DNA of 64,000 nucleotides, taken from assembly GCA_002104945.1 (NCBI GenBank), contig MCFH01000018.1, forward strand, positions 744,001-808,000, given 5' to 3'. The DNA comes from Piromyces finnis finn. Its lineage: Eukaryota; Fungi; Neocallimastigomycota. The translations under genes were made by a program, and so were the position numbers. Positions 1 through 10,809 of this stretch are shown here, in pieces. Within the stretch, counting starts at the first letter, position 1. Each line of letters begins with the position of its first letter. The notes under the pieces were generated by a model. The model saw only the letters and a program-made list of their open reading frames with translations, was not told the origin of the DNA and ran no database searches.

Positions 1-272
1 CTATATGTATTTATATTCTTGTTGGATCAAGATTATTACTTGTTATAACCTTAAATTCAGATATAGTTCCAGATGTATATGATTTAAAAGATTTTGTTCC
101 GATTTCAACCAAAGAACAATATAAATTATTGTTAAATAAAATCAGAAATCTCACTTCTAGTAAAATATTAAAATGTCCGGAAAATACTATTGACAGTTCA
201 TTTTCATATCAAGCAGGTTATAGTATATCTATGTATGATAATAATACAATAAAATCATCAGTATATTTATAA
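1..272 (+). CDS. 3' end (last exon, partial) of SBP-7TM GPCR copy 1
   Basis: Near-identical to the terminal exon of the copy at 4016-4480 (ICIYILVGSRLLLVITLNSDIVPDVYDLKDF...KSSVYL*). Stop TAA at 270-272. The rest lies left of the window. Confidence 0.9.
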   Translation, partial: ICIYILVGSRLLLVITLNSDIVPDVYDLKDFVPISTKEQYKLLLNKIRNLTSSKILKCPENTIDSSFSYQAGYSISMYDNNTIKSSVYL

Positions 273-1449
273 TAAAATGATAAAATAATTTATTTTATAA
301 TTATAAAGATAAATAAAGATAAATCATCATTTTTTATATATATGTTTATTTTAATATAAACTAAAAAATAATACAATAAAATCATCAGTATATATATATA
401 TTGAAATAATTTATATATAATTAATATGAAATTAAAGAAATAAATATAAAAGAAAGTATCAAATAAATTTAAATATTGAAAATTTACTTAACTATAAATA
501 AATATTATATCTATTATTTCATTAATATTATAATTATTAAAAAATATTATCTTTTTTTTTTTTCCATAATGTAAAATAAAAATAAAATATGAAGATATAA
601 TAATAATTAAATAAGAAACTAATTAATCTTTATTTAAAGTATATGAAATATAGTAATTTTATATAATGTATTGAAAAACCAAAAACAGATAATAATTAAG
701 TTTATACCTATAAAATTTTTATTATAGGAATTTATTAGCTTAAATTAAAATCATATATAATAATAATAGCAGAACAATAATATTAAAAAAAGTATAGATA
801 ATTGAAAAATAGTTCAGTTAAACATAAAGTATAAAACTAGTTCAATAAAAATAAATAAATAACTCTTTTTAAAGTTGAAATAAATATCATTAATTCTGAG
901 AACCTATCATTTTAAATTTTAAATTTTATTAAAAAGAAGAAATAAATATAATTATAAAAAAATTAAAAATTATAAATAAAACATTAATATGTAATAGTAT
1001 ATAAGTGTATTAAAAATACATAAATTATTATAAATTAGGTATTAGTAAATATAACTAAAAAATGAAATAATAAAATATAAGTATAAAAATGTAAAATAAA
1101 AATTGAGCAAGAAATGTAATAATGTTTATTTAAAATAGTTTATACTTAATAAAATAAATTTTATATAACGTATAAAATTGTTGGAAATAACCGAAATTGA
1201 TAATTTTTATCAATAATAAACTTAATAAGTTTAATATTTTGTTATTATAAATATAGAGTTTTGTATCTATATCAATTTATTAGAAAACTATGAATTACGT
1301 ATTTTTGTATAAAATAAAAATCAAATATTATAATAATAGGAAAAATAGTAATTTAAAAATAGTAAAATTGTATAAAAACATAATTAAATTAAATAAAGTT
1401 CATTAAATTATAATAACCTTGTAGTTTAAATAAATATTATATTACAGCT

Positions 1450-1510
1450 GAACCTTATCAATTTAATAAAGTTTTTATATGAACCTTATCAATTTAATAA
1501 AGTTTTTATA
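1450..1510. repeat. 31-bp tandem duplication
   Basis: gaaccttatcaatttaataaagtttttata(t) occurs twice head-to-tail (1450-1480, 1481-1510). Confidence 0.9.
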
Positions 1511-1580
1511 AAAAACAATAAAAATTATGAATAAAATATAATATATAAGAAATGCTTATAATTTATAGCTTTTTATATTA

Positions 1581-1690
1581 TATTAGATTTATTTGCTAAG
1601 TATTTTTGAATAAAACAAAAATTTGCTCTTTACTATATTACTTTATTTTATCATTAATTTTTATAAAAAAAATAAGATTCTTTGCAATAT
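1581..1690 (+). promoter_or_regulatory. Upstream block conserved between GPCR copies 2 and 4
   Basis: ttagatttatttgctaagtatttt...atttgctctttactatattacttta...tctttgcaata recurs at about 7171-7280. It contains three TTTGC motifs. Confidence 0.45.
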
Positions 1691-1963
1691 AAAAAAAAAT
1701 AAGATTAAATAAACAAGAAAAATCTTTTATTTTCAAAATAAAATTATAATAACAATAATAATTATTACTATAACCATCAGTCTGTGTTAAGTAAATTTAA
1801 TATTTTAAAAGTAATTATTATTTTATTTTTTAAATTATATTTTATTAAATTTTAACTTTAAGGTTATAATATAAAAATTAATATATATTTATAAAAAATT
1901 ATGGTTGAAGAAGGAAAATTTATTTTTATTATTAATAAATAATTTTAAGTATATGTATTTAAA

Positions 1964-4480
1964 ATGTTGTTAAAATTTATTAATATAGTAAATTTATATT
2001 ATTTCAGGATAATAATATTGATAATATTTCAATGTTTTGTCGTAGGAGTATATTCTGAAAAAACAATTATAAGAGTCGGAATGAAAATACCTGATAATCC
2101 TATGATTGAAGATTTTAATAAATGGGCAATTAATTATGAATCATTAATAAATGAATATTTGTCTATTAATGCAAAAAATAAATCAATATTTAATGATGTT
2201 ACAATTTCATTCGATTTTTATAATGGATTAATTTCTAGTAATCTTGATTATGCATATGAGGAAATTACAAATGGTACTGTTGTTACCAATTTAAAAGAAA
2301 GAGTGTATGATTTAATGGTTATTGATGATCAAATTTTATTTAATGAAGAATCATTAATGGAATATTATTATTATAATTGTAATTTCGAAAGAAAATATTC
2401 TAAAAAATTATTTTTAGATTTGACGGATTATATTGATGAAGAATCATTAAATTATCATGATCTGAAAATACTTAATAGAGGAAGATTAGATGGAAGATTA
2501 TATGCTTTACCTTATGAATCTGATTTCGATAATCTGTATTATGATAATGAAAATCAAAAATCGAAAAATATAACAAAAAGTATGGAATCATTAACATGGG
2601 ATGAATTGATTGATTCAATTAATGAATCATCTTCTTATCCTTTAAGAATTTCACTTTCATATACTGAAAACTTTTTAAGCACATTTATGGAATATGCAAG
2701 TAGTTTTCATAATTTAACAAAAGAATATGATCCTCAATTTTATAAAGTATTTTATAATGACACTACAAATCAATTATATAAATCATTTTATGAATTTCTT
2801 AATAAATATACAAATAGAACTATTGATAATACATTATACGAATCTCCGGAAGATGCATTATTAAGTTTTTTAGATGGAGAATCAATATTTTATAAAGGAA
2901 AAGCATCCCAAATGTCTAGTTTTAAAGAATTTCCTAATATTTCATCGACACTTCCACCTAAATACATTAGTTCTAAATTTAGTAATTATTTAATAATAAA
3001 TAAACAAAGTGAAATTGATAAAAGTATTCTTGTAGAAATAGCGAAAGAACTTACCTCGAAAGAAATTCAACTTTTTAAAGCGAAACATTTTGGTAATATT
3101 CCGACATTTGATTTTAATGATAAATCTAATATTGAAACGTATTGTGAAATTAGTGAAATTCAAAAAGAAATTTGTCAACAACTTCGACAGATCAAAGAAA
3201 TTAATTTGAGAGATATTTTTAAATCAAAATATAGTGCAACATATTATGAAATTAGTAGTTTTTTATCTTCAAGTATTATTGAATATCTGTATGAAGATGA
3301 AATTGATTTTAATAAAATTTCAGATCTATTTAAATATTCATATGAAATGGTAACAACACAAATTGGTATATATGGAATATTATCATATATTGTATTGATT
3401 TTCTTTTCCATTATATTTATTATTGTTATGATTTTAGAAAATAAATACAAAAAAAACCCATATATAAAAGTAGTTAATCCTATGTATTGTAATTTTATCA
3501 TTTTAGGATGTATTTTTCATATATCAAAAATATTTTTCGATTTACCACCATATTCTTATATCAAAAAAATTCTAATTTTATTATTTAACCAATTTAGTAT
3601 TGATTTAATATATATTCCAATGTTAGTTTTAACTTATCGTATATATATAATATATAATTCAAATTCACTTTCAATAAAATATCTTGGTAATAAAACATTA
3701 AAAATAATTATAGGAATGATATTTTTAATAGATATTATAAGGGTTATATTTTCTATATTAGTAGAAGATATATATTATTTAACTAATTACAGTATTGTAA
3801 CAGGTCGTTATCCAATATTACTTTATGATATCAGTGATTTTTCTTACTATTTTAGATATGGTTATTGTTATATAATTGTAAGTATATTAAAATAATTATT
3901 TTTATATATTAATAAATAAATATATATATAATATATAATATATAATATATTATATAATATAAATATGTGATTAAAGATGTAAATAATTAAAATATATAAA
4001 TATTGTTTTTTTTAGTTTGGCTTATTACTTTATATGATACAAAATATACAAAGTAAAACAAAAAATATAACAGATGTTAGTTATATTTATGTTATTATAG
4101 TATTAAATATAACACAACATTTAGGAGAAAAAGTTATATTTAAATGTCAATCTGATTACTTTCCATTGTTTTTCTTTGTTGAAGTAATTATTTTATGCTT
4201 AATTCATGCTATATGTATTTATATTCTTGTTGGATCAAGATTATTACTTGTTATAACCTTAAATTCAGATATAGTTCCAGATGTATATGATTTAAAAGAT
4301 TTTGTTCCGATTTCAACCAAAGAACAATACAAATTATTGGTAAATAAAATCAAAAGTTTCACTTCTAGTAAAGTAATAAAGTGTCCGGAAAATACTATTA
4401 ACAGTTCATTTTCATATCAAGCAGGTTATAGTATATCTATGTATGATAATAATACAATAAAATCATCAGTATATTTATAA
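1964..4480 (+). CDS. Class-C-like GPCR with N-terminal extracellular sugar-binding (SBP_bac_1-like) domain, copy 2; exons 1964-3877 and 4016-4480, about 792 aa
   Basis: N-terminal hydrophobic signal. SBP motifs DLMVIDD, LDLTDYI, DGRLYALPY, TWDEL. Seven hydrophobic segments with class-C-like IKVVNPMYCNFIILG and TYRIYIIY. Phase-0 intron GTAAGT (3878) to TTTAG (4015) joins the two ORFs in frame. Confidence 0.9.
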
Positions 4481-5686
4481 TAAAATGATAAAATAATTTA
4501 TTTTATAATTATAAAAATAAATCATCATTTTTTATATACATGTTTATATTAATATAAACTAAAAAAATAAATATAATATTAATTTATAAAAAACATAAAA
4601 TAAATTAAATAACAAAACTAATATAATCAAGTAATTAAAACTCATTTTAAAAAAATAATTATAATCAGTATCAGTAAATTTAAAAATATTATTAACTTAT
4701 TAATATAATTTAATATATGTAATAAGAAAAATCTGACTAAAATTAAATAAATATCAAAAATATTTTTTAAAGAATAAATGAGTCTTGTATTTATTTCTTA
4801 ATTAAAAATAAGACTTATTTTTATTATTTAATATAATAATTAAATATAAATTTAGTTTTTTTAATAAAAATAAGAATTGAATAAGAAATTTAAATATATA
4901 AATTATTTAAATAATAGGTTTTATGTAATTTTAAGTAATGTAGGGAATATCAGAAATAAAAATAATTTAATATTTTATTAATATAAAACTATGTATCTTT
5001 ATATCATTTATTAGAAATATAAAAATTTTTAACATTTATTATTTCAATAGGGTATATTCTTATATTATTTTGAATACTTTAAGGTAAAAGCCATATATTA
5101 TAATAATTAAATTATACTATATCAAGAATTTTTTTCGATTTACCACCATATTCTTATATCAAAAAAACTCTAATTTTATTTAGACAATTTAGTGTTGATT
5201 TAATATATATTCCAATGCTAGTTTTAATATATCGTATATATATAATATATAATTCAAATTCACTTTCAATAAAATATCTTAGTAATAAAACATTAAAAAT
5301 AATTATAGGAATAATATTTTTAATAGATATTATAAGAGTTATATTTTCTATACTAGTAGATGATATATATTATGGAACTGATTATGGCATTGTAACAGGT
5401 CGTTATCCAATATTATTTCATGATATCAGTAATTTTTCTCACTATTTTAAATGTGGTTATTATTATATAATTATAAGCATATTAAAATAATTATTTTTAT
5501 ATGTTAATAAATATATATATATATTATATAATATATAATATAAAATATAATATAAATATATGTTTAAAGATGTAAATAATTAAAATATATAAATATTGTT
5601 TTTTTTAGTTTGGCTTATTACTTTATATGATACAAAATATACAAAGTAAAACAAAAAATATAACAGATGTTAGTTATATTTATGTT

Positions 5687-5700
5687 ATTATAGTATTAAA
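5687..5700 (+). repeat. Left target-site duplication (ATTATAGTATTAAA)
   Basis: The identical 14-mer is at 6231-6244. It is single-copy in the uninterrupted paralogs. Confidence 0.95.
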
Positions 5701-6230
5701 GTCGTTCCAGTTTCTATCCTGGTTGTTAAGACCCTCGCTTAGCATTCATAAGGCTTCTAGTTCGACCCCCGCCATTGACAGTTCTTTAGCGATTTTCCTG
5801 TTTCAGGTTTGCGCTTAAAGTATAGGGGTTAAAGGTCAATTCAGGTAAGTATAACTCTACCACCGGACTCTACCCTAAGCAGTTAATTCAGATTGGTAGT
5901 TTTCTCCGTATCAAGCGGTTTTCCCACTGAAGTTTAGAGTATACGTAGGAAGGGGTATCATTTAATTCACAGATTACTAACTATGGTCTTTGAGGGTTGT
6001 TCTCATCGCTAATCATCCTTCGCCAATAAAGGTTCAGGAGATCACTGGTGTTGGTAGCTCGGTCTTTGTGTGATAAGATCGTTAAGAGCAATAAGCCATT
6101 CCATATTAGCCCTGCCCAGAGGGATGATTGTGCCGACGTCGTTCTGATATGGCAATGTACAATAATGTACAATCACATACCATATATAACTCAGGGGGTT
6201 AGATGAGGATATATGGAAGTCTAAAAAAAA
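5701..6230 (+). mobile_element. tRNA-Ala(AGC)-derived SINE-like retroposon
   Basis: 14-bp TSD and 3' A8 tail. A-box-like TGGTTGTTAAG (5720-5730), Ala anticodon-loop context CTTAGCAT (5738-5745) and B box GTTCGACCC (5760-5768) at exact tRNA spacing. tRNA stems no longer pair. 3' hairpin at 6180-6216. No substantial ORF. Much higher GC than flanks. Confidence 0.85.
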
Positions 6231-6244
6231 ATTATAGTATTAAA
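6231..6244 (+). repeat. Right target-site duplication (ATTATAGTATTAAA)
   Basis: Immediately follows the A tail, after which the GPCR exon sequence resumes (tataacacaacatttagg). Confidence 0.95.
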
Positions 6245-7832
6245 TATAACACAACATTTAGGGGAAAGATTTATATATAAATGTCAATCTGATTTCTTTC
6301 CATTGTTTTTCTTTGTTGAAGTAATTATTTTATGCTTAATTCATGCTATATGTATTTATATTCTTGTTGGATCAAGATTATTATTTGTTATAACCTTAAA
6401 TTCAGATATAGTTCCTAATGAGTATGATTTAAAAGATTTTGTTCCAATTTCAACCAAAGAACAATACAAATTATTGGTAAATAAAATCAAAAGTTTCACT
6501 TCTAGTAAAGTAATAAAGTGTCCGGAAAATACTATTAATAGTTCATTTTCATATCAAGCAGGTTATAGTGTATCTATATTTGATAATAACAAAATAAAAT
6601 CATCATTATATATATATTAAAATAATTTGTATTTTTTGATTATAAAAATAGATTTATAACTATTTTATATATATTTAAATAAACATATAAACATATTATT
6701 AAAAAGAATTAAATATAAAAGTATACGAATATATTAAACAACAAATTTTAGTTTGCAAAATAAATAAATAAAACTTATTATATAACAAAACAAGTATAAA
6801 TAAAATAATTAAAACTATTAATATATATAATTATCATAACATCATAACATATAATGAAATGAGAGAGAATTTTAGTTAAAATTAATTAAATTTAAATATT
6901 AAAAATCATCTTAACTATAAAAAAAAAGCTTATATATTGATTAAAAACATTAGCAACAACTAAAACATACTTTTATTTTCATTATTATTAAATAAATTGT
7001 TTAAGTAATATTTTAAAATTTTAATAAGTTGAATTATCCAAAAGAGTTTAGAATATTAAACAATTTAAAAAGAAGTTAATTATAAAAATATTAAAAATAA
7101 TAAATAAAATAAATAAAAAAAATGTATATGAAATATATATAATTTATAATTTTATTATTTTTATTATTAGATTAGATTTATTTGCTAAGTATTTTGTATA
7201 AAACCAAGATTTGCTCTTTACTATATTACTTTACTTTTATTATTTAATTTTATAAAAAAAAGTTAAGTTTCTTTGCAATAAAATATAAAAAATATAAATT
7301 AAAGTTAAGATTAAATTGAATAATAAAAAAAAAAATCTTATTCTTTATTTTCGAAATAAAATTATAACTACAATTAAATTTACAGTTAATTAAAATTTAT
7401 TTTGGTAAATATATAACAAATAACTATACGTAACTATGAATAAAAAGATAATATGTTGCTATATTTTTTTTATAATTTAAAATTATATGGTTTTATTATC
7501 TTTTTGATGAAATAAATAAAAACTATTAAAAAAAGTATACATGAAATATTATAATATTTAGATTGTTTTTTACATTTTCACTTTTTATTAATTAAATAGA
7601 AGTTTAAAATATTTATTTTAGTGTTTTTTTAATCGCATATTTTACATGAACTACTTGAATCGTTTAATTATAATATTTTTTTTGAAATTAAATTAAATTA
7701 TATAATTTATTTTATTAAATTTTAACTTTAAAGTTATAATAAAAAATTAATATATATTTATAAAAAATTATGGTTGAAGAAGGAAAATTTATTTTTATTA
7801 TTAATAAATAATTTTAAGTATATGTATTTAAA

Positions 7833-10337
7833 ATGTTGTTAAAATTTATTAATATAGTAAATTTATATTATTTCAGGATAATAATATTGATAATATTTCA
7901 ATGTTTTGTCGTAGGAGTATATTCTGAAAAAACAATTATAAGAGTCGGAATAAAAATACCTGATAATCCTATGATTGAAGATTTTAATAAATGGGCAATT
8001 AATTATGAATCATTAATAAATGAATATTTGTCTATTAATGCAAAAAATAAATCAATATTTAATAATGTTACAATTTCATTCGACTTTTATAATGGATTAA
8101 TTTCTAGTAATATTGATTATGGATATGAGGAAATTACAAATGGTACTGTTATCACCAATTTAAAAGAAAGAGTGTATGATTTAATGGTTATTGATGATCA
8201 AATTTTATTTAATGAGGATGCGTTTATGGAATATTATTATTATAATTGTAATTTCGAAAGAAAATATTCTAAAAAATTATTTTTAGATTTGACGGATTAT
8301 ATTGATGAAGAATCATTAAATTATCATGATTCGAAAATACTTAATAGAGGAAAATTAAATGGAAAATTATATGCTTTACCTTATGAATCTGATTTCGATA
8401 ATCTGTATTATGATAATGAAAATCAAAAATCGAAAAATATAACAAAAAGTATGGAATCATTAACATGGGATGAATTGATTGATTCAATTAATGAATCATC
8501 TTCTTATCCTTTAAGAATTTCACTTTCATATACTGAAAACTTTTTAAGCACATTTATGGAATATGCAAGTAGTTTTCATAATTTAACAAAAGAATATGAT
8601 CCTCAATTTTATAAAGTATTTTATAATGACACTACAAATCAATTATATAAATCATTTTATGAATTTCTTAATAAATATACAAATAGAACTATTGATAATA
8701 CATTATACGAATCTCCGGAAGATGCATTATTAAGTTTTTTAGATGGAGAATCAATATTTTATAAAGGAAAAGCATCCCAAATGTCTAGTTTTAAAGAATT
8801 TCCTAATATTTCATCGACACTTCCACCTAAATACATTAGTTCTAAATTTAGTAATTATTTAATAATAAATAAACAAAGTGAAATTGATAAAAGTATTCTT
8901 GTAGAAATAGCGAAAGAACTTACCTCGAAAGAAATTCAACTTTTTAAAGCGAAACATTTTGGTAATATTCCGACATTTGATTTTAATGATAAATCTAATA
9001 TTGAAACGTATTGTGAAATTAGTGAAATTCAAAAAGAAATTTGTCAACAACTTCGACAGATCAAAGAAATTAATTTGAGAGATATTTTTAAATCAAAATA
9101 TAGTGCAACATATTATGAAGTTAGTGGTTATATATCTTATTATTTCATTGAATATCTGTATGAAGATGAAATTGATTTTAATAAAATCTCAAATTTATTT
9201 AAATATTCATATGAAATGGTAACAACACAAATGGGTATATATGGAATATTATCATATATTGTATTGATTTTCTTTTCCATTATATTTATTATTGTTATGA
9301 TTTTAGAAAATAAATACAAAAAAAACCCATATATAAAAGTAGTTAATCCTATGTATTGTAATTTTATCATTTTAGGATGTATTTTTCATATATCAAAAAC
9401 TTTTTTCGATTTACCACCATATTCTTATATCAAAAAAATTCTAATTTTATTATTTAACCAATTTAGTATTGATTTAATATATATTCCAATGTTAGTTTTA
9501 ACTTATCGTATATATATAATATATAATTCAAATTCACTTTCAATAAAATATCTTGGTAATAAAACATTAAAAATAATTATAGGAATGATATTTTTAATAG
9601 ATATTATAAGGGTTATATTTTCTATATTAGTAGAAGATATATATTATTCAACTAATTACAGTATTGTAACAGGTCGTTATCCAATTTTATTTCGTGATAT
9701 CAGTGATTTTTCTAACGATTATAAATATGGTTATTGTTATATAATTGTAAGTATATTAAAATAATTATTTTTATATATTAATAAATAAATATATATATAA
9801 TATATAATATATAATATATTATATAATATAAATATGTGATTAAAGATGTAAATAATTAAAATATATAAATATTGTTTTTTTTAGTTTGGCTTATTACTTT
9901 ATATGATACAAAATATACAAAGTAAAACAAAAAATATAACAGATGTTAGTTATATTTATGTTATTATAGTATTAAATATAACACAACATTTAGGAGAAGG
10001 AGTTATATTTAAATGTCAATCTGATTACTTTCCATTGTTTTTCTTTGTTGAAGTAATTATTTTATGCTTAATTCATGCTATATGTATTTATATTCTTGTT
10101 GGATCAAGATTATTACTTGTTATAACCTTAAATTCAGATATAGTTCCTAATGAGTATGATTTAAAAGATTTTGTTCCGATTTCAACCAAAGAACAATATA
10201 AATTATTGGTAAATAAAATCAGAAACTTCTCAACTAATTTATTAACAAAATATCCTAATGATTCTATTGGAAATTCAAGTTCGTTCCAAGCAGGTTATAG
10301 TATATCTATTGATAATAGTGCAATAATGTCTTCATAG
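7833..10337 (+). CDS. Class-C-like GPCR with N-terminal SBP domain, copy 4; exons 7833-9746 and 9885-10337, about 788 aa
   Basis: Paralog of copy 2 with the same phase-0 intron (GTAAGT 9747 to TTAG 9884). Reading frame intact. C-terminal tail is divergent. Confidence 0.9.
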
Positions 10338-10809
10338 ATACAATAATTTTATATTAATTAAAATATAAATATAATAATTTAATTATTTACTCTATAAATA
10401 TTATTAATAATTATTATAATGAATTATTTAATATCATAATAAAATATTAAAATATCGAATCAAAGAAAATTGCAAAAAGTAAAAGATATAAAAAATAATT
10501 AATTATTTTTAATAATTCTAATTACTTTTATAGTAAATTTAAAAATCTTAATATTTATATACTGATTTTTGTTGAAGAAAAGAAAATTTTATAGATTAAC
10601 TTTCTTAACTATTATTTATTTATAAATACTTTTTGAATAAACACAATGTAAAAATTTGGAAAGTTGAAATAAAATCATAATGTATATATTATTATATCTT
10701 TTTTAAATAGTATTCCTAATTATGATAAATGATACATCAACTACACAACTTTCATTTTTATCATTTTTATTTATTTATTTGAAATATGTTTAAATGTGAT
10801 AAGTTTTAT

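Larger units (their letters stand above)
5118..6620 (+). pseudogene. Truncated SBP-7TM GPCR pseudogene (copy 3), TM2 to C-terminus only
   Basis: Homology starts abruptly near 5118, with no SBP domain. Net 4-nt deletion near 5180. Intron donor GTAAGT is changed to ATAAGC (5473). Last exon is interrupted by a 530-bp insertion. Confidence 0.9.

Noticed and set aside
2990-3501. Antisense ORFs within the GPCR copies (also 8859-9370)
   Set aside because: Shadow frames of AT-rich coding sequence, duplicated only because the genes are.
5707-5780. Functional tRNA-Ala gene
   Set aside because: Anticodon, T and acceptor stems do not base-pair. The sequence is the head of a TSD-flanked insertion.
5701-5790. 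HDV-like ribozyme (CCCTCGC resembles L3)
   Set aside because: No P1 complement or consistent P3/P1.1 could be built. The tRNA-Ala alignment explains the segment better.
5627-6172. ORFs 5627-5818 (+) and 5981-6172 (-)
   Set aside because: Read-through from the GPCR exon into the insert, and a chance antisense frame. No RT or other domain motifs.
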